Origin: Centroscyllium fabricii
Lineage: Eukaryota
NCBI GenBank assembly: GCA_051313645.2
Contig: JBNRSN020000184.1
Span: 434,001 to 498,000 of the forward strand
Direction: 5' to 3'
DNA: 64,000 bases
Positions 49,680 through 61,551 of this stretch are shown here, in pieces (position 1 is the stretch's first letter; each line of letters begins with the position of its first letter). Position numbers and translations under genes: made by a program. The notes beneath the pieces were generated by a model. It saw only the letters and a list, made by a program, of their open reading frames with translations. It was not told the DNA's origin and ran no database searches.

Positions 49680-50026
49680 GTGCAATTCGGTTTGTAGATG
49701 TTAATTGTAAGTTCAAAAATTTATTTGTTACATGTTATTTCCAAAAAGTTGTGTTTATAAAAATAGTTGTAAAAATGAGTGGTTAAATGTTTTAGTTATA
49801 AAAGTTTTTGTATATAATATTAGTTATAAAAAGTTATGGTTATGTAATAAAATTTTGTGGTTATAGTAATAGTTTTAACAAAATTGTGGTTATATGTTAT
49901 TTATTATAAAAATTAGCATTATACCTTGCTTGCTGTTTAAATCCTGGTTTTCTTTTGTTGCATAAAACTTTATTTTTTTCCCACAATAAAAATAACTTTC
50001 TGATAAAATTTGTCTCAATTTATCCA

Positions 50027-50214
50027 AGAAGTCACACAACACCAGTTTCTTAGTCCAACGGTTTTATTTAAAATCACAAGCTTTCGGAGCTTCTGCCCCT
50101 TCGTCAGGTAACACAGACAGACTGAAGTCAAACATCACACATGGGGGAGGGGAGAAATCTGAACTTATACATAGGCAAATTAGCATAGTTTAACACCTCA
50201 GTATATTAACCATT
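50027..50214 (-). mobile_element. Penelope pLTR fragment inserted between the two Harbinger genes
   Basis: Matches the pLTR ends at 35988-36068 and 62547-62629; TTTATCCA on both sides. Confidence 0.8.
50075..50110 (-). ncRNA. Minimal type I hammerhead ribozyme motif
   Basis: TAC-CTGACGA-A-GGGGC AGAA GCTCC-GAAAGCTT-GTG. Confidence 0.75.
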
Positions 50215-50271
50215 TTTATCCATTTATCATCAAATTAAACAACATCACTGGTAATGTCAAATCACTGAAAT

Positions 50272-51549
50272 TCACACACGCTTGCTCAGTCCTGCCATTC
50301 TGTCCTGCCACGGAACAGATCCAGCAGCACTGTTGAAGTATGCTGTGAGGTAGTCCCTCTGGATCTTGCCCATCTGGTGGTCTATGTTACGTGCAGAGGG
50401 GTGTGTAACCGCGTGCATCTGCATGCCGTCCCTCCAGGCTCCAGGGATGATGCTGTGGTTGTCATCCTTGTGGTCCACCTCTGTGTTTCCAATTGCGGGG
50501 AACCTGATCCTCATGAGGTTGTGAAGCAGGACAGCTGTTTCCACCATGGTGCACACCATTTCTGGATGTTGTTCCAGGGTTCCAAGGAAGCATCTCCATC
50601 TGTTGGCCATTATTCCAAAGGCATTCTCCACCACGCGTCTGCCCCTTGAGATTCGGTAGTTGGCCACCATCATCTCATCACTGAGACCCCTCCTGGAGTA
50701 GGGTTTGATGAGGAAAGTTCTGAGGCCAAAAGCTTCGTCTCCCAGGATAAAGTAGGGCATGTCTCTGTCATCATTAGGCAAAGGGTCAGCGTCAGGGAAG
50801 TGGATGGTTTGGTCTTCTATGCATTCCCTCAGTTGTGAGGCCCCAAATATCTGTCCATCAGATTGATGACCTTGTCCACCAGTGTCAATCCAGATAAACT
50901 TATAATCTGCATCCACCAAGGCCAACAGAACCACGGAGAAGAAGCCCTTGTAATTGTAGTACACACTGCCAGACTTGGGTGGTTTCTTGAGGGCTATGTG
51001 TTTGCCATCCAAGGCCCCCAGGGCATGAGGAACATTCCACCGGTATTGGAACTGGTGGGCAATGGCTTTCCAGTCCTCCTGGGTCTGGGGCAGTGGCATG
51101 ACCTCGTCCTTTAGTGCTTGAATGATGGCATTGCATACCTCCTTGATGATCACTCCCACGGTGCTCCTGCCACATCTGAAGTTGAAGTGGAGGGTCGGGT
51201 ACCCGTCTCCTGTAGCCAGGTGTCTGAGGGTGAGGGCCAGCTTCAGTCCAGCATTTAGGGGTGGTCTCAGCCGGGTGTGCTGCCTCTGGATGAAAGGGGT
51301 GATCCTTTGGAGGAGCTCATCGAACATCTGCTGTGGCATTCTCACATAGTTGACGAAGGAGTTCTGATCTTCCAGCCTCAGTTCCTGCAGCAGTCTGTGG
51401 TAGTGCCCAAACTCTAGCCTTCTAGCCGGTGTCATCCATGGTCGAACCCACCAGCGCTTGCGTCTTCTTGGGGGTTCCAAGAACAGCAGGTCGTGATAGT
51501 GCTCCAACTCCGCAGCCAGAGCCACACATGCTTTCCATCGAACACCCAT
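50272..51549 (-). CDS. Harbinger (HARBI1-like) transposase, 425 aa, intronless
   Basis: Uninterrupted ORF with ALDGKH, YNYKGFFS, GDEAF and RRVVENAFG. Confidence 0.95.
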   Translation of the reverse strand: MGVRWKACVALAAELEHYHDLLFLEPPRRRKRWWVRPWMTPARRLEFGHYHRLLQELRLEDQNSFVNYVRMPQQMFDELLQRITPFIQRQHTRLRPPLNAGLKLALTLRHLATGDGYPTLHFNFRCGRSTVGVIIKEVCNAIIQALKDEVMPLPQTQEDWKAIAHQFQYRWNVPHALGALDGKHIALKKPPKSGSVYYNYKGFFSVVLLALVDADYKFIWIDTGGQGHQSDGQIFGASQLRECIEDQTIHFPDADPLPNDDRDMPYFILGDEAFGLRTFLIKPYSRRGLSDEMMVANYRISRGRRVVENAFGIMANRWRCFLGTLEQHPEMVCTMVETAVLLHNLMRIRFPAIGNTEVDHKDDNHSIIPGAWRDGMQMHAVTHPSARNIDHQMGKIQRDYLTAYFNSAAGSVPWQDRMAGLSKRV

Positions 51550-52878
51550 TGTACAAATGACAGGTTCAGCAGGGGTTCAGGGTTTTTTTATATGCTGGAA
51601 TATGCCGGAATATCAACAGCAATGCCAACTATCAAAATCAATTCTTAGATGATTCTTAGAATTCGTAACTAATTCGTGGAGTTCGTAGTGGATTCTTAAT
51701 TAATTCTTGCAATTTGTGGTGGATTCGTGAGTGATTCGTACCTCATTCCTACAATAATTCGTGATAGATTCGTAACCTTGTCCAGAATCGCCAAGAATTC
51801 ACCAAGAATCGCCAAGAATCAACCAAGAATTTTCGCATTTTTTGCAGAATCGCCAAGAATTTCGATTCTTGACGATTCTTGGGATTCTTGGCATTCTTAG
51901 CCTCCAGTGAAACTAGGGCATTAGCAATGTGACAATCTGTGTAAAAGTCTTGTCAATCGGTTTCGTCGGCAGCGCTAAACTTTTTAAAAGCCCGAAAGTT
52001 TTCGCACCCATCGCATTTAAAAGGGTTATAGCCTTTTTATCGTCATCAATTTCATTAGCTTGGCAATATATCTCGACTGTGTCGATATATGTGTCCCAAT
52101 TCTCCATCTCGCTGTCAAAAGCTGCCAAGCTATTATTTCTGGCCATTTTCTTAACCCTTTTATCTTTTCCAAAATGGCAATTTTTCCCGCCCTTGTCCTT
52201 CTTCACCGGGGTTTCCCGCTCTTTCTGAGTAAAGATGGCATTTTTCCCCGCCCTTGTCCTTCTTCCCCGGGGTTTACGCGCCTTTATTTATTTCTTTGGT
52301 TTGCCCAAGTGTGGCTCTGCAGTGTCCTGTCTGCAGAATTGCCTCTGCTGCACCAAAGCTTTTGCACGGCGTCTTGCAACCCTTTGCTCTGGGTTCGTGG
52401 CTTTCTGGTCGGTGCCGATTGTGCCCCGCTGCCAAAACCCTTCTATGTTTTCCCTGGCTCAGAAATCAGTGCTGAGCGCTTTGCCGCCAGCAATGGCTTC
52501 TCGACTTCCATCCTATTTATTTTCCGTTTTTCCCCGCTCCGTGACTCAGGCAGGCTGTCTTGGTCGTGCCGCCGGTCGGGAGAGTTTTTGAGAAAAGTAA
52601 ACAGTTGTACCTGCAGCCAGTCCGTGTGCTGGCTTCACCTCTGTGTCCATGTCTGTCCGCTAAAACCGGAGAACCAAGCCTGGTCCTCGACGGTTGGTTG
52701 GAGATTCAGCAGTCTTTCTTTCTGCTGGGCCTAGCTCAGTGCAGATTTTGCAGCCTGTCTGTACAGCAGGTGGAGTGCTGTACTCGATGCCCACTGCTGG
52801 AAGGTTCTGGAATGCTTCTGCTTTCGTTTTTTTTTAAACAGAAATCCACAAAGTGTGAGGCTGGGTTAGTTCCGCTAT

Positions 52879-52888
52879 CTCGTCGCCA
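52879..52888 (-). promoter_or_regulatory. Primer binding site, probably for tRNA-Ser(GCU)
   Basis: TGGCGACGAG lies 2 nt from the 5' LTR and is complementary to ...CTCGTCGCCA-3'. Confidence 0.75.
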
Positions 52889-52890
52889 TT

Positions 52891-53101
52891 TATTGTGTTT
52901 GTATTATATCGTATAATAATACAAGGACACCAGAGATAAAATGAACAAGTCTTTACTGGTGGTCGTCATCAGAAGTAATGCTGAGTGTGGCTCCGCCCCT
53001 TATTTATACTGGGAGCCCACTCCTTTACAATACAATGTATTCTTACACAGCAAGAAGTTCCGGGCTTCAAAATATAGTGCACTGTGTACACATACACCAC
53101 A
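52891..53101 (-). repeat. Gypsy 5' LTR
   Basis: Pairs with 43224-43434; followed on the plus strand by TSD CAGGT. Confidence 0.93.
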
Positions 53102-53200
53102 CAGGTCAAGCACGGGCAAGGAAACCTCCTGCTGATCACCACCTACCGCCCTCCCTCAGCTGATGAATCAGTGCTCCTCCATGTTGAACACCACTTGGAA

Positions 53201-54757
53201 ACATGGAAGATAGGAGCAGGAGTCGGCCATTCGGCCCCTCGAGCCTGCTCCGCCATTCAATGAGATCATGGCTGATCATCCAAACTCAGTACCCTGTTCC
53301 TGCCTTCTCCCCATATCCCTTGATCCCTTTAGCCTTAAGAAATATATCCAACTCCTTTTTGAATATACCTGTATTTAATGAATTGGCCTCTATGGCCTTT
53401 TGTGGTAGAGAATTCCACCGGTTCACCACTCACTGGGTGAAGATGTTCCTCCTCATCTCTGTCCTAATTGGCTTACCCCTTATCCTTAGACAGTGACCCC
53501 TGGTTCTTGACTCCCCGACCATCGGGAACATCCTTCCTGTATCTAGTCTGTCTAGTCCTTTTAGAATTTTATAAGTTTCAATGAGATCCCCTCTCATTCT
53601 TCTAAACTCCAGCGAGTATAAGCCCAATTGACTCAATCTCTCCTCATACGTCATTCTTGCCATCCCAGGTATCAGTCTGGTGAATCTTCGCTGCACTCCC
53701 TCCATGGCAAGAACATCCTTCCTCAGATAAGGTGACCAAAATTGCACACAATATTCAAAGTGTGGTCTCACCAAGGCCCTGTACAACTACAGCAAGACAT
53801 CCTTGTTCCTGTGCTCAAACCCTCTCGCTACAAAGGCCAACATACCATTTGCCTTCTTAACTGCCTGCTGCACCTGCATGCTTACCTTCAGCGACTGGTG
53901 CACAAGAACACCCAGGTCTTGTTGCACTTCCCCTTCTCCCAATCTATTGCCATTCAGATAATAGTCTGCCTTCCTGTTTTTGACACCAAAGTGGATAACC
54001 TCGTATTTATCCACATTATATTGCATCTGCCATGCTTCTGCCCAATCATCCAACCTGTCCAAATCATACTGGAGTTTCTCGGCATCCTCCTCACAGCACA
54101 CGCCCACCCAGCTTTGTGTCATCTGCAAACTTGGAGATATTACATCTAGTTCCCTCGTCCAGATCATTAATATATATTGTGAATAGCTGGGGTCCAAGGA
54201 CCGATCCCTGCGGTACCCCACTAGTCACTGCCTGCCACTCGGAAAAAGACCCGTTTATTCCAACTCTTTGCTTTCTGTCTGCCACCCAGTTCTCTATCCA
54301 AGTCAATACCTTGCCCCCAATCCCATGTGCCTTAACTTTACGCTAATCTCTTATGCGGGACCTTATCGAACGCTTTTGAAAGTCCAAATACACCACATCC
54401 ACTGGTTCTCGCTTATCTATTTTACCAGTTACATCCTCAAAAACTTCCAGTAGATTAGTCAAGCACGATTTACCCTTTGTAAATCCATGTTGACTTTGTC
54501 CAATCCGTTCACTATTTTCGAAGTGCTCAGCTATTACATCTTTTATAATGGACTCTAGCATTTTCCCCACTACCAATGTCAGGGAACTAGATGTAATATC
54601 TCCAAGTTTGCAGATGACACAAAGCTGGGTGGGCGTGTGTGCTGTGAGGAGGATGCCGAGAAACTCCAGTATGATTTGGACAGGTTGGATGATTGGGCAG
54701 AAGCATGGTAGATGCAATGTAATTCCGTTTTCTCTCTACCTCCTTTTTCGAATAGTG
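53201..54757 (-). mobile_element. CR1 3' part with an internal inverted duplication
   Basis: RT motifs in ORFs spanning 53430-54717; TGGAA at both flanks. Confidence 0.85.
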
Positions 54758-56405
54758 GAAGAAGCACGGAGAGTAGCAAGGGCACAGAATGTACACTGGG
54801 TGGGGACTTCAATGTCTATCATCAAGAGTGGCTCGGTAACACCAGTACTGGCCGAGTCCTGAAGGGCATAACTGCCAGTCTGGGCCTGTGACAGGTGGTG
54901 AGAGAACCAACAGGAGGGGAAAACTTGACCTGGTCCTCACCAATCTACCTGTCACAGATGCATCTGTCCATGACAGCATTGGTAGCGGTGGCCACCGCCC
55001 AGTCATTGTGGAGATGGAGTCCCGTCTTCATACTGAGGACACCCTCCATCGTGTTGTGTGGCACTACCACCGTGCTGAATGGGATAGATTCAGAACAGAT
55101 CTAGCAGCTCAAAACTGGGCATCCATGAGGCGCTGTGGGCCATCAGCAGCAGAATTGTATTCCACCACAATCTGCAACCTCATGGCTCGGCATATCCCTC
55201 ACTCTACCATTACCATCAAGACAAGGGGCCAACTCTGGTTCAATAAGGAGTGTAGAAGAGTTTGCCAGGAGCAGCACCAGGCGTACCTAAAAATGAGGTG
55301 CCAACCTGGGGAAGCTGCAATACAGGACTACATGCATGCTAAAAAGCAGAAGAAACATACTATAGAACGGGCTAAGCAACCTCACGATCAACAGATCAGA
55401 TCAAAGCTCTGCAGTCCTGCCACATCCAGTCGTGAGTGCTGGTGGACCATTAAACAACTAATGGGAGGAGGAGGCTCCAAGAATATTCCCATCCTCAGTG
55501 ATGGTGGAGCCCAGCACGTGAGTGCAAAAGACAAGGCTGAAGCATTTGCAACCATCTTCGCACTGGATACAGCAAAGACTGTGGGCCCCGACAACATCCC
55601 TGCTATCGTGCTGAAGACTTGTGCTCCAGAACTAGCCGCGCTTCTAGCCAAGCTGTTCCAGTACAGCTACAACACTGGCATCTATCCGACAATGTGGAAA
55701 ACTGCCCAAGTATGTCCTGTCCACAAAAAGCAGGACAAATTTAATCCAATTACTGCCCCATCAGTCTACTCTCAATCATCAGCAAAGTGATGGAAGGTGT
55801 CGTCGACAGTGCTATCAAGCGGCACTTACTCACCAATAACCTGCTCACTGATGCCCAGTTTGGGTTCCGCCAAGACCACTCGGCTCCTGACCTCATTACA
55901 GCCTTGGTCCAAACATGGACAAAGGAGCTGAATTCCAGAGGTGAGGTGAGAGTGACTGCCCTTGACATCAAGGCAGCTTTTGACCAAGTGTGGCTTCAAT
56001 GAACCCTAGTAAAACAGAAGTCAATGAGAATTAGGAGGAAAACTCTCCACTGGCTGGAGTCATACCTAGCACAAAGAAAGATGGTTGTGGTTGTTAGAGG
56101 GCAATCATCACAGCCCCAGGACATCGCTGCAGGAGTTCCTCAGGGCAGTGTCCTAGACCCAACCATCTTCAGCTGCTTCATCAATGACCTTCCCTCCATC
56201 ATAAGGTCAGAAGTGGGGATGTTCACTGAGGACTGCAGTATCAATATTCCTGAGTGTCACCATTGACCGGAAAGTGAACTGGACCAGCCATATAAACACT
56301 GTAACAACAAGAGCAGGCCAGAGGCTGGGAATTCTGCGGCGAGGATCTCACCTCCTGATTCCCCAAAGCCTTTCCACCATCTACAAGGCACAAGTAAGGA
56401 GTGTG

Positions 56406-59400
56406 ATAGAAACATAGAAGATAGGAGCAGGAGTAGGCCATTCGGCCCTTCGAGCCTGCTCCGCCATTTAATGAGATCATGGCTGATCTTTGGCTGAGAT
56501 CATGGCTGATCTTTCCAGTTCAGTACCCCGTCCCCGCCTTCTCTCCGTAACCCTTAATCCCTTTAGCCTGAAGAAATATATCCAATTCCCTCTTAAATAT
56601 ATTTAATGAACTGGCCTCCACTGCCCTCTGTGGCAAGGAATTCCACAGGCTCACCACTCTCTGGGTGAAGAAATTCTTCCTCATATCGGTCCTAAATGGT
56701 TTACCCCTTATCCTTAGACTGTGGCCCCTGGTTCTGGACTCCCCCGCCATTGGAAACATTCTTTCTGAATTTAACCTGTCCAGGCCTGTCAGAATTTTAT
56801 ATGTTTCGATGAGATCCCCTCTCAATCTTCTAAACTCCAGCGAATACAAGCCCAAACTACACAATCTCTCCTCGTAGGTCATTCCTGCCATTCCAGGTAT
56901 CATCCTGGTAAATCGCCGCTGCACTCCTTCCATGGCAAGAACATCCTTCCTCAGATGAGGCGACCAAAACTGTACACAATACTCAAGGTGTGGTCTCACC
57001 AGTGCCTTGTACAACTGTAGTAAGGTATCCTTATTCCTGCACTCAAACCCTCTTGATATGAAGGCCAACATACCATTTGCCTTCTTAACCGCCTGTTGCA
57101 CCTGCATGCTCGCCCTCAGTGACTGGTGCACAACACCACCCAGGTCTCTCTCCACTTCCCCATCTCCAAATCTATTGCCATTTAAATAATAATCTGCCCT
57201 CCTGTTTTTGCCCCCAAAGTGGATAACCTCACATTTATCCACATTATAGTGCATTTGCCATGTATCCGCCCATTCCCCCAACTTGTCCAAATCGCACTGG
57301 AGCTTCCTGACATCCTCTTCAGAGCCCCTCCTCCTAGTTTAGTGTCATCTGCAAATTTGGAGATGTTGCATCCAATTCCCTGGTCCAGATCATTAATATA
57401 TATTGTGAACAGCTGGGGTCCAAGGACAGATCCCTGCGGCACCCCACTAGTCACCGCCTGCCACTCAGAAAACGAGCCATTTATTCCAACTCTCTGTTTT
57501 CTATCTGCCAGCCAGTTCTCTATCCACGTCAATACTTTGCCCCCAATCCCATGAGCCTTGATTTTGCATGCTAATCTTTTATGTGGGACCTTATCGAAGG
57601 CTTTCTGGAAGTCAAGGTACACCACATCTACTGGCTCTCCCGCATCTATTTTACCTGTTACTTCCTCAAAGAATTCCAATAGATTAGTCAAGCACGATTT
57701 ACCTTTTGTAAATCCATGTTGACTCTGTCCGATCCCGTCCCTATTTGTCAAGTGCTCCGCTATTACATCCTTAATAATGGACTCTAGCATTTTGCCTACT
57801 ACTGATGTAAAGCTTACTGGTCTATAACTCCCTGCTTTTTCTCTACCCCCTTTTTTAAATAGTGGGGTAATATTTGCTACCCTCCAATCCATGGGTACTG
57901 TTCCCGAGTCTATCGAGTTCCTGAAAATGATCATTAAGGCATCTACTATCTCTAGGGCCACCTCCTTAAGTAGCCTACGATGTAGATTATCAGGCCCTGG
58001 GGATTTGTCGGCCTTCAATCCCTTCAACTTCCCCAACACCATATCCTTAGAAATACTGATTTCTGTCAGCTCCTCCCTTGCATTCGTCCCTATGTTTCCC
58101 GATATCCCAGGGAGGTTATTTGTGTCCTCCTTTGTGAAGGCATAACCAAAATATGAATTTAATTGGTCTGCCATTTCCTTATTCCCCATTATATATTCCC
58201 CTGAATCGGACCGCAAGGGACCGACTTGGGATTTTACCAATCTTTTCCTCCTGATATACCTATAAAAGCTTTTGCAGTCGGTTTTTATGTTTGCCGCAAG
58301 CTTACTTTCGTAATCTATTTTCCCCCTCCTGATTAATCCCTTTGTCCTCCTTTGCTGTATCCTGAACTGCTCCCAATCTTCAGGTCTGGTGCTTTTTTTG
58401 GATTTTATGTTGTCCCTAATTTCCCTTGTTATCCACGGCTGAGTCACCTTTTTAGGTTTATTTTTATGCCAAACCGGTATAAACAAGTTCTGTAATTCTT
58501 CCATTCTATCTTTGAATGCTTGCCATTGTCTATCCACCGTTAATCCCCACAGAAACACCGCCCAATCAATCTTACTTAATTCCCTTCTCATACCATCATA
58601 ATTCCCTTTATTTAAATTGAGGACCTTAGTCTCGGAGTCAATTTCTTCACTCTCCATCTCAAGTGAGAATTCGATCATATTATGATCGCTCCGACCCAAG
58701 GGGCCTCGTACAACAAGATTGCCAATTAGTCCCTTCTCATTGCACAATACCCAGTCTAAGATAGCCTGATCCCGAGTTGGTTCCTCGACATATTGGTCCA
58801 GGTAACCGTCCCGTACACATTCTAGGAATTCCTCCTCCTCGGTACTTTTACTAATTTGGCTAGTCCAATCTATATGTAAATTAAAGTCACCTATGATGAC
58901 AGCTGTGCCCTTATTGCACGCTTCTCTAATTTCCCTTTTTATGCCTTCCCCCACCTCCATATTACTGTTTGGAGGCCTATATACCACTCCCACTAAAGTT
59001 TTCCGCCCCTTGCTATTTCTCAGTTCTACCCATATAGATTCCGTAGCATCCGAGTTAATATCCTTCCTTTCAATTGCGTTAATCCCTTCTTTCACCAGCA
59101 ATGCTACCCCACCTCCCTTTCTTTTTTGCCGATCCTTCCTAAATATTGTGTACCCCTGGATGTTAAGGTCCCAGCCTTGCCCCCCCGGCAGCCATGTTTC
59201 TGTAATCCCAATCAAATCATACTCGTTTACCTCTATTTCCACAGCTAATTCATCTACCTTGTTTCTAATGCTTCTTGCATTAAGATACAAAGCCTTCAGG
59301 CTTGCTTTTTTCACACTCCCATTATGAATTAGTTTGGCCCTTTGTGTTTCTGGCCTTTGCCTATTGCTTCTCACCCTTCTACCATTTATTTCTGGCTGCA

Positions 59401-59511
59401 TATGACTTCCCTCTTTTCCTAGGTTCCCATCGCCCTGCCATATTAGTTTAAATCCTCCCGAACAGCTCTAGCAAATATTACCCTGAGGACATCGGTACCA
59501 TTCCCGTCCAG
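56406..59511 (-). mobile_element. Young CR1 with nearly intact ORF2 (AP endonuclease + RT, one frameshift)
   Basis: ORF 57182-59401 (739 aa) overlaps ORF 56520-57290 (256 aa). Confidence 0.93.
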
Positions 59512-60087
59512 ATGAAATACTCTACACTTGCCTGGATGAGTGCAGCTCCAACATTCAAGAAGCTCGACACCATCCAAGACAAAGCAAGCTCGCTTGATTG
59601 CCACCCCATCCACCACCTTAAACATTCACTCCCTCCACCATCAGCGCACCACGGACCATCTACAAGACGCACTGCAGCAACTCGCCAAAGGCTTCTTCAG
59701 CAGCACCTCCCAAACCCGCGACCTCTTCCACCTAGAAGGACAAGGGCAGCAGGCGCATGGGAACACCATCACCTCCAAGTTCCCCTCCAAGTCACACACC
59801 ATCCTGAGTTGGAAGCATATCGCTGATCCTTCATCATCGCTGGGTCAAAATCCTGGAACTCCCTTCCTAACAGCACTGTGGGAGCACCTTCACCACACGG
59901 ACTGCAGCAGTTCGAGAAGGCAGCTCACCACCACCTTCTCGAGGGCAATTAGGGATGGGCAATAAATGCTGGCCTTGCCAGTGATGCCCACATCCCATCA
60001 ACGAATATAAAAAAACTCAAATCCTCTTGTAATAAATGTAAGAAGTCACACAACACCAGGTTATAGTCCAACAGTTTTATTTGAAAC

Positions 60088-60122
60088 CACAAGCTTTCGG
60101 AGCGTTGCTCCTTCATCAGGTG
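60088..60122 (-). ncRNA. Minimal type I hammerhead ribozyme motif
   Basis: CAC-CTGATGA-A-GGAGC AAC GCTCC-GAAAGCTT-GTG. Confidence 0.8.
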
Positions 60123-60177
60123 TAGTAGAGATGCATAAAGACACAGCATATATAGTCGGAGAACAATGTAATCTTTC

Positions 60178-60599
60178 TGTGGTGTATGGACAACATACAC
60201 CTATGTACTGATGATGCTAGACTCTACCTCGGCATCACCCCTCTATATCACCCCGGTGCTGTACGATGGACTGTTGCCTTTAAGGATGGGGCTGGGCACT
60301 GTATCATGTGATATTACCAGGCTGCAGTACCCTTACCAGCCACTGTCGTGTGTATATAAGCTCGCATGTGTAGTTCCTGGCAGTCTTCCATTAGTCCTCA
60401 GACCTCGAGGAGTTAGCTATTAGTACTCTAGTAGACTAAGCTGTAAGCTAATGTAAATTTGTTTGGCGCGAGAAGCGCAACGGGTTAAGTTGTGATTTTA
60501 CCATGTACAGTAAATATCACCCAGTTAGAACTTAACCTGAGTCTGTCGTCATTTGTCCTCCTTCTAACATAAAACGTAACAATGGCGATAGATTTAACA
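60178..60599 (+). mobile_element. Solo LTR (422 bp)
   Basis: TGTGG...TAACA with TSD CTTTC; shares blocks with the solo LTR at 25729-25952. Confidence 0.83.
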
Positions 60600-60658
60600 C
60601 TTTCCAACTGCCCTTCCTCACACCTCGGCAGAGAGACATTCATAGCAATCAAAGCACC

Positions 60659-61154
60659 GTACTACAGGAGAGATGTGGAGGCGCTGGAGAGGGTGCAGAG
60701 GAGATTCACCAGGATGCTGCCGGGAATGGGAGGAAAGTCATACGAGGAGAGGTTGAGGGAGCTGGGACTCTTCTCCCTGGAACGGAGAAGGAAGAGGGGG
60801 GACTTGATAGAGATGTTTAAAATGATGAAGGGGATCGATAGAGTAAACGTGCAAAGACTGTTTCCCCGGGCGGGAAGAACGTCAACAAGAGGACACGAGC
60901 ACAAGATTCAAGGAGGAAGATTCAGAAGGGATGGCAGGGGCAGGTTCTTTACACAGAGAGTGGTCGGGGAATGGAATAGGCTACCATCTGAAATAGTGGA
61001 TGCGGACAGTCTGGGTGCTTTTAAAAGGATGATAGACAGGTACATGGAGGGGAAGGAACAGTAGGGGGGACAGGAAAAATCAGAGATGGACTAAGGGCGG
61101 CACTACATTGAGGGCCCAAGAGCCTGTACAGTGCTGTATGTTCTATGTTCTATG
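60659..61154 (+). mobile_element. CR1 3' end, divergent subfamily
   Basis: LERVQRRFTRMLPG and FFTQRVVGEWNRLP motifs; (TTCTATG)n tail. Confidence 0.88.
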
Positions 61155-61516
61155 TAAAGGTGTGAATGGTGTTTAAACAGGTCAGTCAGGAAGGCACCAC
61201 CCGAAGAACAATGAGGCGGAGTCACAAAGAGTCAAATGTTGCACAGTCTGGGGTCTGTGTGAGAACCAACAGAACAATTTTTAAAATAAAGCTTTTTCTT
61301 GCTGGAAATCGCAGCCGCGTCTGCGTAGTGAGGACAAGCCAAAGACGACTCGAGTCTGGATGACTCTACGTCAGGTGGGGTCACATGTAGCGCGACATGA
61401 AGCCAATATCATGGTTGAGGCTATGAATGTCTCTCTGCCGAGGTGTGATGAAGGGCAGTTGGAAAGATTACATTGTTCTCCGACTATATATGCTGTGTCT
61501 TTATGCATCTCTAGTA

Positions 61517-61551
61517 CACCTGATGAAGGAGCAGCGCTCCGAAAGCTTGTG
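61517..61551 (+). ncRNA. Minimal type I hammerhead ribozyme motif
   Basis: CAC-CTGATGA-A-GGAGC AGC GCTCC-GAAAGCTT-GTG. Confidence 0.8.

Larger units (their letters stand above)
47717..51920. mobile_element. PIF/Harbinger DNA transposon 2, apparently autonomous, with two convergent genes
   Basis: 23-bp perfect TIR TGCCCTAGTTTCACTGGAGGCTA. Flanks TAA and TTA. Dense subterminal TTCGTR/TTCTTR repeats. Confidence 0.95.
43224..53101 (-). mobile_element. Gypsy LTR retrotransposon, Mag-like, decayed, with nested hAT MITE and Harbinger
   Basis: 211-bp LTRs and 5-bp TSD CAGGT. gag with two zinc knuckles, protease LDTGS, RT YLDD, RNase H CDAS, integrase DAHSKW/SDNG. PPT AAAAGGGGAGGAG. Confidence 0.93.
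42911..60014 (+). mobile_element. Second CR1-like LINE (ORF2 endonuclease, RT, tail) split into four pieces by nested elements
   Basis: Pieces 42911-43223, 53102-53200, 54758-56405 and 59512-60014 are collinear ([32 protein letters not shown]). Flanked by ACTC inside an antisense CR1. Confidence 0.82.

Noticed and set aside
50272-51549. Domesticated host gene HARBI1
   Set aside because: It is flanked by TIRs, paired with a MADF gene and inserted in a Gypsy gag, so it is a transposon copy.
52060-52734. 224-aa plus-strand ORF
   Set aside because: It is antisense to the Gypsy leader and gag start and has no recognisable domain.
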